In this document: in pieces, positions 46,742-56,767 of the stretch | Position numbering within the stretch: the stretch's first letter is position 1 | Layout: every line of letters begins with the position of its first letter | Assembly: GCA_963729445.1 (NCBI GenBank) | Contig: CAVSNU010000002.1 | Span: 1,143,925 to 1,207,924, forward strand | DNA: 64,000 nucleotides | Direction of reading: 5' to 3' | Source: an uncultured Chloroflexia bacterium | GTDB taxonomy: Bacteria; Chloroflexota; Chloroflexia; Thermomicrobiales; CFX8 | Translations under genes and position numbers: made by a program | The notes under the pieces: generated by a model | The model's input: the letters and a program-made list of their open reading frames with translations, nothing else | Told to the model about the DNA's origin: nothing | The model's database searches: none

Positions 46742-48019
46742 ATGCCTGTGCGACGGATAGCGTTAATGCTGGTAATCATGCTCCTGGCCGCCAACCCGGT
46801 AGCCGGCCTGGCGGATGATGACGTGTTTCAGCGCACCTGGGCCCGCACCGACAAACCGGTCACCGACGGTCAGGTCTCCCGCACCTGGATGTGGGGGACT
46901 GAGAGTTTCACGGGCACGATAAGCGAGCAGTACCTCGAGTCGCCCGGCGGAACACGTGACGTTCAGTATTTTGACAAGGCGCGCATGGAGATCAGCGACC
47001 CGAGCGCGGCCGACGATGGGCTCTGGTACGTGACCAACGGACTGCTGGTGGTCGAGCTTATCAGCGGCAAGATGCAGATCGGTCACGATCGCTTTGAACC
47101 GCGTTTCCCGGCGGTAATCCCCGTCGCCGGTGACCGCGACGACCCGCATGGCCCTACCTATGCCACGTTCGCGGCGTTGCTTGATGCCAAGCCGGCCGCG
47201 TTTCGGGAATCGATCACCGAGCGTCTGGATAGAAACGGTCAGGTCACCCACGACCGGGCGCTTGGCGCGCTCGGAATTACCACCGTTCATACGGACGACG
47301 TCACGAACCACGCGATTGCCGAGCCCTTCTGGGCGTTCATGAACTCGACCGGCCTCGTGTGGCAAGACGGCGAGCTTGTGGAGGCAGCGCTGTTCGAGGA
47401 TCCGATTTTTGCAACTGGCCGGCCCATCACTGAACCCTACTGGGCGACAGTCAAAGTGGCGAACACCATTCAGGATGTGTTGGTGCAGTGCTTCGAGCGA
47501 CGCTGTCTAACCTACACGCCGGACAACCCCGAGGGCTGGCAGGTCGAGGCCGGCAACGTCGGCCGCCACTACCACGATTGGCGCCACCAGCAGACGACGC
47601 CGGGGCCAGGTCTCGTCTCTGTCTCCTCGGTTCGGGGCGAAGAGACGTCGGCCGGCAGTATCGACGGCGACACGCGCTATGGAGCGACCTTCGTCGGATC
47701 GGCGATAGGTGACGTTCCGGGCACGTTCAGGGCGACCCTCAACTACACACCCCCGTATCCGGGTGCGGGCGTGGCCAACACGATTGTGGGCGGTACCTGG
47801 TCAATTACCCATGCGACAGGAGCCGTCACCGGTATCTTCCAGGGCGGCGTCGTGCAGTGGGATGAAGCTAACGAATCTGCAACCATCAATGCAATCATGA
47901 AAGTGATGGCGCGTTCTGGCGCCTTCGACAATCTGCCGCGAGAGGCCCGATTGACCGGCGCTCTCAGCTATACCGCCGCCGGGATGCAGATCACGGCAAC
48001 GTTAGCCATTTATCCGTAG
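46742..48019 (+). CDS. Secreted hypothetical protein
   Basis: Signal peptide MPVRRIALMLVIMLLAANPVAGLADD. GAGAGGG RBS precedes ATG 46742. It contains Q(Y/C)F(D/E)(K/R)...P(D)NP modules shared with the 48814-51630 protein. Confidence 0.6.
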   Translation: MPVRRIALMLVIMLLAANPVAGLADDDVFQRTWARTDKPVTDGQVSRTWMWGTESFTGTISEQYLESPGGTRDVQYFDKARMEISDPSAADDGLWYVTNGLLVVELISGKMQIGHDRFEPRFPAVIPVAGDRDDPHGPTYATFAALLDAKPAAFRESITERLDRNGQVTHDRALGALGITTVHTDDVTNHAIAEPFWAFMNSTGLVWQDGELVEAALFEDPIFATGRPITEPYWATVKVANTIQDVLVQCFERRCLTYTPDNPEGWQVEAGNVGRHYHDWRHQQTTPGPGLVSVSSVRGEETSAGSIDGDTRYGATFVGSAIGDVPGTFRATLNYTPPYPGAGVANTIVGGTWSITHATGAVTGIFQGGVVQWDEANESATINAIMKVMARSGAFDNLPREARLTGALSYTAAGMQITATLAIYP

Positions 48020-48062
48020 GGGGTATACGAGGTACTTCTTCACGGTCATGTTGCGCGGCCCG

Positions 48063-48700
48063 GTCATCCTGAGTACTAGACCACAGGGGAGTTGTCACGC
48101 TCCCCGGTTCCGTCGGTCGGTCGGGGAGGAGCTCGTCTCCTCCCGCGTCGAGCGGACCGGGTTCGGGAGGAGATGAGCTCCTCCCCGACCGGGGTGACAC
48201 CACACATCGCCGTTCAAGCAGGACCATGGCATTCCTTGCGTCAGGATGACTAACCAGCGCAGGATGACGATCAAGCTCAGGACTGGCCCACCGGGCAGCT
48301 GGCACGTTTCGGGGTTCCTCCCCGACCGGGGTGACACCATCATCGTGGTCGAGTACTGAGCGGAAGCGAAGGATCTCTTGCCTGATTGCCGAGGCGTTTG
48401 ACGAGAGATCCTTCCTTGCGTCAGGATGACGATCAAACGCAGGATGACGAACAAGCTCAGGACTGGCCCACCGGGGAGTTGGCACGCTCCCGGGTTCCGC
48501 CCGTCGGGGGTGTCCCCATCATCGTGGTCGAGTGAACGGCGCTCGTCAGTCATCCTGAGCGTCAGCGAAGGATCTCTGCGTCAACCGCCTCGGGAGTCAA
48601 GCCAGAGATCCTTCCTTACGGGAAGGATGACTGATGAACGCTCAGGATGACTATCAAGCCAAGGATGGCTCTCTCTGCGCTCGGGATGACCGGAGAAGGC
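48063..48700. repeat. Cluster of mosaic palindromic repeats: hairpin element copy 2 plus about 2 tandem ~182-bp units
   Basis: 48063-48220 matches the reverse complement of 158-321, with stem arms at 48123-48144 and 48165-48186 (one G-T pair). 48231-48410 and 48411-48590 are tandem units built from GCGTCAGGATGAC, GGACTGGCCCACCGGG(C/G)AG(C/T)TGGCACG, CATCATCGTGGTCGAGT and GAAGGATCTC..GAGATCCTTCC. Confidence 0.7.
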
Positions 48701-48744
48701 GGCTGTTGGCCCTGCTGCCGCTTACGTTGATACCAATTGGGAAC

Positions 48745-48781
48745 AAAAAACAGCGCCCCATCCGATGTGGATGGGGCGCTG
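48745..48781 (-). terminator. Rho-independent terminator of the 48814-51630 gene
   Basis: On the minus strand, CAGCGCCCCATCC acatc GGATGGGGCGCTG (13-bp stem) is followed by TTTTTT. Confidence 0.8.
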
Positions 48782-48813
48782 CTGGATCTACCTGAGCTAG
48801 ACAGGCGTGAGCG

Positions 48814-51630
48814 TTACTCTACGACGCGCACGACCTGACTCATCTCCGGCACGACGCCGAAGTTGACGATGTACATCGTATCGTCAGCATCGATTGCCAG
48901 GCCGGTCGCGAAGAAGATACCCTCGTCGAGGTAGGTCTCCTGCGTGCCGTCCTGGGCAACCTTGATGACCGCACTCGCCGCTGCATCCGGGTTTTCCGGG
49001 CCAGCCATTTCGGCCTCAAGCAGGCCGCCGGAGGCGATCTCCAGCACGTAGAGGTTGCCCTCGCTGTCAAAGTCTATCGCGCCAATAGCGCTGAAGCCGT
49101 CCGCGTAGAGTTCCGCCTCTTCGCCCGGCATTACGCGCCAGACGCGCGCCATGTCCACGACGAACGGGAAACCGGTCAGCTCGCCCACGTAGTAGGCGCC
49201 ATCCGGTCCCTTGGTCACCGTTGTCGGAACCGCCTCCATCGGGATCTCGGTGCCTTCCGGCAGCTCCATGAACGCCGGGGCTTCGACCATCTGTGGGCTA
49301 AAGGTAGCCAGAACGGTGATCTCACCGGCAGGCGTGACCTGCAGCAGGCTGTTGCCGCCGGCATCAGCCACGATGAAGTTCTCGCCGTCCATGATCACCG
49401 CGTAAGGGTTCGAGTCGATCGCGGCCGTCTCGGGGTTATTCGCACCTTCGAAAGCCGCGAGGTCGGCGATCACCGTCCAGGAGCCGTCGTCCTCGAGCTT
49501 CGCCAGCGTACCGAGCGCAGCGACTCCCTCAGCCTCGAACAGGCCGCGGCCTTCCGGAGGACCACCCAGGCCGAAGAGCACGTAGGTCTCGCCCTCGGCA
49601 GTGACGATCACGTCGTGCGGGCCGGAACCATTACCCGACGGCAGGCCCGAAGCGATCTGCGCCGACACGCCGTCAGCGATCTGGGTCACTCCACCGGTCA
49701 GCCCGAAGCAGACTTCGAACTCTTCTTCGCCTTCGGTAACGGTGACGCACTCATCGCCATCCATGCCGGCTTCGGCAACGTAGAGGGCGCCATCGCCACC
49801 AACGCTGATGTGACGCGGCTGAACCAGTCCCTCGGCAACGACCTCAACGGCCGGGCCGGGAGCCGGCTCACCGGCAGCAGTCTCGTCGAGCAGGACGACC
49901 TGGCCCATGCCAGGGAAGACCGTCTGGTTCGTCGCGTAGATCGAACCATCCGCAGCGATCGCCAGACCTGTCGAGAAGAGCAGGCCGTTGGTCGCCAGGG
50001 TCGTCTGGGTGCCATCCGTGGCAATCTTGGTCACCGCGCTTGCCACCGTCGCCGGGTCGGTCGGATCAGCCGAGAGCAGTCCGCCGGCGATCATCTCCAG
50101 GACGTAGAGGCTGCCCGCGCCGTCGAAGGCGATGTCACTGATGTTGGTAAAGCCCTCTGCGAAGACTTCGGGGTCTCCACCCGGCATCACACGCCAGACA
50201 CTGGCGCCGTCGACCGGGAACGGGAAGCCGGTCAACTGACCAACGTAGTAGGCGCCGTCAGGGCCCTTCTCAACCGACGTCGGCACGGCATCCATCGGGA
50301 TCTCGGTGCCTTCGGGCAGCTCAAGGAACGCCGGAGCGGGCACCATCGTCGATGGGAAGATGGCCAGGGTCGTGATTTCGCCCTCTGGCGTCACCTGCAG
50401 CAAGGTATTCCCGCCGGCGTCAACCACGATGAAGTTCTCACCGTCGATGATCAGCGAGTAGGGGTTGCTGTCGAGTAATGCCGGCTCGGGGTTGTTAGCG
50501 ACCTCATAGCCAGCGATATCAGCAACTTCAGTCCAGCTGCCATCCGCTTCGATCTTGATCAGCAGACCGAAACCCAGGGCGGTTCCGCCAATCTCCTCGC
50601 GCACAGCCGGATCGATCTCAAGGCCGAGTCCGGTGACAGCATAGATCTCACCGTCCTCAGTCACCGCGACGTCATGCACACCAACGCCTTCTTCACCGGC
50701 GAGGAAGGATGGCAGGCCCGTTGCGACTTCTGTGGCCTGACCGTCGGCGATGCGGAGGATAGAACCGCTGGTGCCGATGCAGATCTCGAAATCTTCACCG
50801 GTTTCTGGATCCGTGCCAACCACGACACACTCGTCGCCGCCGTTCCCGGCAACCGCAACGTACATGGCGCCGTCAGCACCGTAACTGACGTGGCGCGGCT
50901 GCTCCAGGCCATCAGCAACCACCGTGAAGTCTGGTTCTGGCTGTGGCTCTTCGGTGTCGAGCACCTCAACACCAAGCAGGCCGAGGAGTATCTGCTGGCC
51001 TTCCGGGTTGTCCGGGTGGAACTCGAAGCGCGCGCGCTCGAACCACTGGGTGACGACGGTATGACCATTGCCGTTGGTCTCCACCTCAGCCTGCGAGATC
51101 GGGTAGCCAAAGAGCGCCAACGACTCGCGGAACGAGTAGCCCTCCTCATCGAAGTTCAGGCCGTGGTTCGACCAGTAGTCGATGAACTCGGGGGCAATGG
51201 CGAAGCCGGTCACGTCGACATAGTTCGGCTCACTCGGGTCACTCTTCGGGAAGGATTGCCAGTCGCGGCCCTGCATCAGCAGCACTTCGTTCCCGAGGCG
51301 GCCGAGGAGAACCTCGTAGACGGTGCCGGCGTTCTCCGGGTGCAGCTCGAAGCGCTCGCGCTCGAAGTACTGCACGGTGTACGTTTCACCGGTGTCCAGG
51401 TTTACTTCCTGGTACTCCTCGGTAATCGGGTAGCCAAAGACCGGCAGACCGCCGTTCGACTCCCAGTACTTAAGGAACGTGCCACACAGATTGTGACCGG
51501 TTTCTTCATAATAGTTACAGCCGTCGAGCGGCTCGACGGGGGTCTGGGACGGTATCGTCTGGGCCGCAGCCGCGCCGACACTGAACATCAACATTGCCAG
51601 CGTTACCAGCAATGCCATGAGTTTTCTCAT
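48814..51630 (-). CDS. Secreted protein: N-terminal repeated modules plus two tandem ScyD/ScyE-family-like beta-propeller domains
   Basis: Signal MRKLMALLVTLAMLMFSVGAAAAQ after AAGGAG. There are two colinear halves, each with LxQPRH(V/I)S.G.DGA(M/L)YVA.AG...DEC, DSNPY..I.DGENFIV.DAGGN.LLQVTP.GEIT and VPT.V.KGPDGAYYVG.LTGFPF. Confidence 0.55.
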   Translation of the reverse strand: MRKLMALLVTLAMLMFSVGAAAAQTIPSQTPVEPLDGCNYYEETGHNLCGTFLKYWESNGGLPVFGYPITEEYQEVNLDTGETYTVQYFERERFELHPENAGTVYEVLLGRLGNEVLLMQGRDWQSFPKSDPSEPNYVDVTGFAIAPEFIDYWSNHGLNFDEEGYSFRESLALFGYPISQAEVETNGNGHTVVTQWFERARFEFHPDNPEGQQILLGLLGVEVLDTEEPQPEPDFTVVADGLEQPRHVSYGADGAMYVAVAGNGGDECVVVGTDPETGEDFEICIGTSGSILRIADGQATEVATGLPSFLAGEEGVGVHDVAVTEDGEIYAVTGLGLEIDPAVREEIGGTALGFGLLIKIEADGSWTEVADIAGYEVANNPEPALLDSNPYSLIIDGENFIVVDAGGNTLLQVTPEGEITTLAIFPSTMVPAPAFLELPEGTEIPMDAVPTSVEKGPDGAYYVGQLTGFPFPVDGASVWRVMPGGDPEVFAEGFTNISDIAFDGAGSLYVLEMIAGGLLSADPTDPATVASAVTKIATDGTQTTLATNGLLFSTGLAIAADGSIYATNQTVFPGMGQVVLLDETAAGEPAPGPAVEVVAEGLVQPRHISVGGDGALYVAEAGMDGDECVTVTEGEEEFEVCFGLTGGVTQIADGVSAQIASGLPSGNGSGPHDVIVTAEGETYVLFGLGGPPEGRGLFEAEGVAALGTLAKLEDDGSWTVIADLAAFEGANNPETAAIDSNPYAVIMDGENFIVADAGGNSLLQVTPAGEITVLATFSPQMVEAPAFMELPEGTEIPMEAVPTTVTKGPDGAYYVGELTGFPFVVDMARVWRVMPGEEAELYADGFSAIGAIDFDSEGNLYVLEIASGGLLEAEMAGPENPDAAASAVIKVAQDGTQETYLDEGIFFATGLAIDADDTMYIVNFGVVPEMSQVVRVVE

Positions 51631-52124
51631 GGAGAGTATCTCCTTCTTACATTTTCCCAACGTACGGCTTGAACGGTTTCACGCTCCCTCCCACAGAGCA
51701 CGGCCCTGGTCCGTCGTCGCGATGCTTTCCCAGTACCCTGTGGCACGCCATCGATCGTGCCCCTGGGCCCGGCACCATCCACTGGTTATGCACAGTGAAC
51801 ATGTCCGGGAACCTCTCGCTCCCCATTCTCGGGCTGCGAATATGTACACAATTTTACCGAAACACACAGTGACACTATGATCAAATGACAGGCCACTTTC
51901 GGGGCCATGTTCGCCATAGCGCATCAGGCCGGCAGCAACCGGAGGAGCCACAATGTCTTCATTTCGGCACGGGCACGTCTACGCCCAGATAGACGCCGGG
52001 TTGACGCAGCGCGATCGATTCGGACACATAAAAATACGGGCAAGCGTCGCCCACCCTACTCACAATAATCGCATTCCACATGCCTGTCAACTAAAATTGT
52101 GGGTAATAGCACCTATCATGAAGG

Positions 52125-53234
52125 TTAGCCCCACACTCGATTCGCCGTCTCAACGATGGTCGAGAGTTTGCGCCGCTGGTCTGCGGCTGAGAGGTTGTTG
52201 CCACCGATCGATGTCGCGAAGCCACACTGCGGACTGAGGGCCAGCCGGTCGAGCGGAACGTAGCGGCTCGCCTCCGCAATGCGACTGGCGAGCTCGGCGG
52301 CCGTCTCCGCCCGGCCGGACTTGGTCGTCACCAGCCCCAGCACCACGATCTTGTCCTCCGGTACAGCAGCCAGGGGCTCGAAGGTGCCGGAACGGGCATC
52401 GTCATACTCCAGAAGCAAGCGTTGCGCGGTGATGTTCTCGAAGATCGGCCTGGCAATGAGGTCATAGCCCCCCTCAACCAGCCAGCGGCTACCCTGGTTG
52501 CCGCGGCAGAGGTGGAAGCCGAACGTCACCTGGGGGAAGCCATCCATCAGGGCATTGTCGAGCTCAATCCCGCGCGCAAGCCAGCGGCCGAGGTCCCAAC
52601 CCTGACGCTCGTAGAAGGCGCGGGTCTGCGGGTCGATCAGCAGGGGGTAGTGCGGCGCGTCGATCTGGATGTACTCGCAGCCGAGCCGGACGAGCTCGGT
52701 TACCTCATCGCGCAAAATGTCGACAACGTCGGCCAGGAAGCTGTCGAGCGTCGGGTAGGCTCCACGTGAATGTTCTTCCGACCAGAAGTTGGCCCACAAG
52801 CTCGGGCTGGGCAACGTCACCTTGGGGATACGGGTGGTGCGCGAGCGCATGTACGTAAACTCCTCGGAAGAGAGATGGCGCTTGCGGGTCAGCTTGTCGA
52901 CCACGCCAAGATTTGCCGGCCGGCTGGTGTTGCGGTCGCCAACCTGCTCGTCTCCGTGCCAGTCACCCCAGAGGAAGGCGTCGATGTCGTAATCCCCGAA
53001 GCCGGACACAGCCTCGGTCATCTGGCTCTGGAACGACAGCCGGCGCATCTCACCATCGGTGACAACATCGAGCCCGGCTTCCTCCTGGAGCTTGATCGCG
53101 CCGTCAACGGCCCGGTCTTCTATCCGTTTGAACTCAGCCTGGCTGATCCGCTTGTCCGCAACATCCCGCTGGGCTTGCAGCAGCTCCGCCGGCCGTAACA
53201 GGCTGCCAACGACATCGGTTCGTGCGGTAATCAT
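52125..53234 (-). CDS. Cobalamin-independent methionine synthase II (MetE C-terminal-like) family protein
   Basis: MITARTDVVGSLLRPAELL..., ...IQIDAPHY... and ...LSPQCGFA. The start is set at ATG 53234; the ORF extends to 53372. Confidence 0.75.
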   Translation of the reverse strand: MITARTDVVGSLLRPAELLQAQRDVADKRISQAEFKRIEDRAVDGAIKLQEEAGLDVVTDGEMRRLSFQSQMTEAVSGFGDYDIDAFLWGDWHGDEQVGDRNTSRPANLGVVDKLTRKRHLSSEEFTYMRSRTTRIPKVTLPSPSLWANFWSEEHSRGAYPTLDSFLADVVDILRDEVTELVRLGCEYIQIDAPHYPLLIDPQTRAFYERQGWDLGRWLARGIELDNALMDGFPQVTFGFHLCRGNQGSRWLVEGGYDLIARPIFENITAQRLLLEYDDARSGTFEPLAAVPEDKIVVLGLVTTKSGRAETAAELASRIAEASRYVPLDRLALSPQCGFATSIGGNNLSAADQRRKLSTIVETANRVWG

Positions 53235-53411
53235 GAAGGTCTCATTCCTACTCCGGTACGGCAATTTCACGAACGAACGCTCGACTCTGTCCAGTATAGG
53301 CCCGCTATCTCCGGTAAATCCTCTTGTGTGTCTCGCATTGCGTACGTACAATCGTCTGTGACAGAGTGACAACTACAGCTCTGGGTGGGGGAGCGGCGAA
53401 AGGGCAGCTGA

Positions 53412-53981
53412 ATGGCGTATGACACACTCGTCGAGTGGGGTGTTCCACTCCTGGCTGCGTTCGTGGGCGTTATTCTCGGCGGCCTGCTCACCTTCTGGTT
53501 TTCGAAACGAACGCTCAGCAAGTTTGCCGAAGCCAGGCAGCCACTACCCACAGGTAGCCCGCTGAATGTCTCTGAAGAAGAACGTGCGTCGCTGCGTTCC
53601 GTGGTCGGCGAGATGCGGTTGAACGCCCTGATGGTGGAGGAGACCTCCGTTATCTGGTCGTGGGCCCCGTTTGAGCGCCGGGCCATCGACAACGCCATCT
53701 GGCTGATCCCCAATATGCCGCCCGTCGTTGCCGAGGCCGTCGCCAGAGCGAACCGCAAAGTCACCGAGTACAACTCCGTTGCCGACTTCGCGAACCGCCA
53801 GGATCAGTACGTTCAGGAAGTCGCCCAGGACGCCCGCACCGCGCTCATTATCGCGGCCCAGCGACTGGAGGAGTACCTGACCGAATTCCAGCTCGACCAG
53901 GGCCGGCGTGGACTCCGCATTCCCCATCCGCGGCGCCGTAATGACCAGCATGAACATGCTGGCGATTGGATACCCTCCTAG
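53412..53981 (+). CDS. Hypothetical protein with one N-terminal TM helix
   Basis: 189-aa ORF with the TM segment VPLLAAFVGVILGGLLTFWF. I see no recognisable motifs. Confidence 0.4.
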   Translation: MAYDTLVEWGVPLLAAFVGVILGGLLTFWFSKRTLSKFAEARQPLPTGSPLNVSEEERASLRSVVGEMRLNALMVEETSVIWSWAPFERRAIDNAIWLIPNMPPVVAEAVARANRKVTEYNSVADFANRQDQYVQEVAQDARTALIIAAQRLEEYLTEFQLDQGRRGLRIPHPRRRNDQHEHAGDWIPS

Positions 53982-54115
53982 GTTCCATTCGGCAGCGCTC
54001 AGGAATCCACCACCGCGCACATCTGCCGTGGACCACGGCCAGGTGCCCTCGCGGCCCACGTTCAGTCTATGATGCCCGGCGACAACACGTCGCGCAGGAC
54101 TGAACAGGAGTCACG

Positions 54116-55963
54116 ATGTTGAACGCTACCGACCACTGGAGCACTGAGCCGGGCCGCTGGGACGCGGAGTTGGCGCCCGAGGCGTACGCGACCATCCCGA
54201 GAATCAGCGTCCCGCGCCTCTCTCCTGACCGTAAGCTGATCGCTTTTATCCGCAGCTACGACGGGCGCGCCGATGTCTGGGTCACGTCGCTCGACGGACC
54301 GGCCCTCCAGCTAACCGACCGCGTAACTCCACAGGGTGCTGACCCCGGCCAGCGCCAGGCATTCCCGCTCGCCTGGACGCCAGACAGCCAGACAGTTGTC
54401 TACGCTTCGACACAGGAGGGAAAGCTCTGGAGCGTCCCGGCGGCCGGAGGAGCGTCACAACCCATCGACGAGGGCCCCGGCAATCATCACTCGCCTGCTG
54501 TCTCGCCGGACGGGCAATCCGTTGCCTATGTTGCCGAGCGCGGTGAGACGATCGACATCTTCATCTCGTCACTCGACGGTACAAAAACGCGTCAGATCAG
54601 TGATCCGGCCGACGACGGCTATGTCAGCAACCCGCGCTGGTCACCGGACGGCGCGTCGCTGCTCTACGTGCGCTGGCCGCACTACGACATGCCCTGGGAC
54701 GAGATCGCCATCATCGTTGCCGACGTCAAGACTGGTGAGCGGCAGACCATCGCCGGCGGCAACCGCGTCGCAAACAACTGGCCAGACTGGTCGCCGGACG
54801 GAACGTCGATCGTCTTCCTCTCGGATCGCGACGGTGAGCACCCCAACCTGTGGCGCACGCGGCCCGACGGTTGTAATGCTGAGTGCCTGGTGAACGAACC
54901 TTCCGACCACCGCTCGCCGGCCTGGTCACCGGATGGATCGAAGATCGCCTATACTCGCAGCGCCAGTTGCGAGAGTCAGATCTGGGTCTGGGAAAATGGC
55001 GAGACACGCCAGATCACGCACGAGCCCGGTGTCTACGGCGACCTGGCCTGGGTTGACGACGAGCACCTCCTGTGTACCTTCGAGTCGCCGCTCGTGCCGC
55101 CCGATCTCTACGTCGTCGGTCTGGACGGGGCACGCCGGCAGCTCACCTTCAGTGCCACCGGCGGTGTCATTGGCGGGAACCTGACGTTGCCTGAGATCAT
55201 TTGCTGGACCTCGCGCGACGGGCTGACGATCGAGGGCATGCTCTTCACTCCCGAAGAAGAGCGAGCCGGTCGCCATCCACTGATTGTCCACATTCACGGC
55301 GGTCCGGTCGGTCAGGCAATGACCAACTGGACGCCCTGGATCCAATACCTTGTCCAGCGCGGCTACGTCGTTCTGGTGCCAAACTACCGCGGGTCGAAGG
55401 GCTATGGCCGCAGCTTCATGGAGGCGCTCTATGGAGACTGGGGCGGGGGCGATCTGGATGACTACATTACCGGAGCCGAGGCAGTCATCGCGCGTGGTCT
55501 GGTTGACGCCGGCAGAGTGGTGGCGACCGGTGGTTCCGCCGGCGGCTACAGCACACTGATCTGCATGACGAAGGCGCCGGAGTTCTTCAAGGCCGGCATT
55601 GCCCGCTACGGGATTGCCGACCTGTCCACCTTCCACGAGCGCACCTGGGTCTTCGAGCGTCACTACATCGCCAAGCTGATGGGTGGCACAGGTGGACAGC
55701 TGGCTGAGCTCTACCGCGACCGCTCGCCGATCAACTTCGTTGACAACGTCAAGAACCCGGTCCTGATCCTTCAAGGGGAATCAGACATCGTCTGCCACCC
55801 GTCCGAGATGAACAAGATGACGGCTGCCCTCGAGAAGGCCGGCAAGCACGTCGAATACCACACCTATCCCGGCGAGGGTCACGGCTGGAAGAAGGTCTCC
55901 ACCATCCTCGACGATGCCTACAAGAGCGACGATTTCCTGCTGCGGATGGTCTTGAACCGATAG
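54116..55963 (+). CDS. S9 family peptidase (prolyl oligopeptidase/acylaminoacyl peptidase-like) with TolB-like propeller
   Basis: Repeated WSPDG propeller blades. Catalytic triad context GGSAGGY, GESDIVC and GEGHGW. CAGGAG RBS. Confidence 0.85.
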   Translation: MLNATDHWSTEPGRWDAELAPEAYATIPRISVPRLSPDRKLIAFIRSYDGRADVWVTSLDGPALQLTDRVTPQGADPGQRQAFPLAWTPDSQTVVYASTQEGKLWSVPAAGGASQPIDEGPGNHHSPAVSPDGQSVAYVAERGETIDIFISSLDGTKTRQISDPADDGYVSNPRWSPDGASLLYVRWPHYDMPWDEIAIIVADVKTGERQTIAGGNRVANNWPDWSPDGTSIVFLSDRDGEHPNLWRTRPDGCNAECLVNEPSDHRSPAWSPDGSKIAYTRSASCESQIWVWENGETRQITHEPGVYGDLAWVDDEHLLCTFESPLVPPDLYVVGLDGARRQLTFSATGGVIGGNLTLPEIICWTSRDGLTIEGMLFTPEEERAGRHPLIVHIHGGPVGQAMTNWTPWIQYLVQRGYVVLVPNYRGSKGYGRSFMEALYGDWGGGDLDDYITGAEAVIARGLVDAGRVVATGGSAGGYSTLICMTKAPEFFKAGIARYGIADLSTFHERTWVFERHYIAKLMGGTGGQLAELYRDRSPINFVDNVKNPVLILQGESDIVCHPSEMNKMTAALEKAGKHVEYHTYPGEGHGWKKVSTILDDAYKSDDFLLRMVLNR

Positions 55964-55997
55964 AGGCGACTCGACGCGGACCGGAAGGAGAACCGCG

Positions 55998-56360
55998 ATG
56001 GCCGTGAAGGCGGACTTGATCCAATATGATGATGACCGGTTCGTTCACCTGGATTGGTATGTGGATCAGCCGCGCGTTCGCGCAACGGATGACTATCCAT
56101 CTCCAGGTTACGTTTCAGATGCCCGGATCTTCTTCTATTGGGACGATGAGAAGATTGAGGACCTCGGCGAGCATGAGCTCCTGGGTGTTGAGATCGTCGA
56201 CATCGGTATGTTGAGCGACAGGGATATCAGCGCAATCGAGAATCTGAACCCGCCGAGAATCGACCTTCCCGAAGAAGGCCTCTTCGATGCGCCGGTGGCT
56301 GACGCTCTACGGAAGGCGCGTGCAAAGCGGTTGGCGCACGCTAGTCACGTGCCCGCGTAG
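55998..56360 (+). CDS. Hypothetical protein (120 aa)
   Basis: GGAAGGAG RBS precedes the ATG and the gene has its own terminator. I recognise no motif. Confidence 0.5.
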   Translation: MAVKADLIQYDDDRFVHLDWYVDQPRVRATDDYPSPGYVSDARIFFYWDDEKIEDLGEHELLGVEIVDIGMLSDRDISAIENLNPPRIDLPEEGLFDAPVADALRKARAKRLAHASHVPA

Positions 56361-56389
56361 CGACGAGACCAACTGCTGAGGATTTCTAA

Positions 56390-56420
56390 GAGACGGCTCA
56401 GAGCCGTCTCCCTTTCTGTT
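56390..56420 (+). terminator. Rho-independent terminator
   Basis: GAGACGGCT cag AGCCGTCTC followed by CCTTTCTGTT. Confidence 0.7.
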
Positions 56421-56442
56421 CGGAGAAAACCCATCGTTTCGT

Positions 56443-56767
56443 CTATCCCCATGGGTCCGGTTATCCCCGTATATATTCTTTTTAAGTAAAAGAAATAGCA
56501 GTACGTAGTAGGCACTGTGGATTGTGCGGATAACCCTTGCCTCAGGCTTGCAGATGCCGAAAACAGGGCGCACAAGAGGTGGGATGACTTCTCCACATCT
56601 CCACCGGAGGGAATGTTGACAAATTTGTCACAGCTGCATTGTCCGGAATCCATCAACATTGGCAGGCCGCGTTCGCCTGCGCTTATCCAGATCGAGATGG
56701 GTGTACGTACACATGCCTGTCCCCATTACCCTCATGTTATCCACATTCCCTGGCGTAGTTATCCACA
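56443..56767. other. DnaA-box cluster with AT-rich tract (oriC-like region)
   Basis: Perfect TTATCCACA at 56737-56745 and 56759-56767. One-mismatch boxes are TTATCCAGA (56683-56691), TTCTCCACA (56589-56597) and TTATCCGCA (minus strand, 56525-56533). Two-mismatch boxes lie at 56443-56451, 56461-56469 and 56516-56524 (minus strand). The tract 56470-56499 is about 83% AT. Confidence 0.6.

Noticed and set aside
53235-53411. The 5-prime leader of the MetE-like gene, inspected for SAM or cobalamin riboswitch signatures.
   Set aside because: No B12 box and no SAM-I core strings were found. The spacer also has to house the divergent promoter of the 53412 gene.
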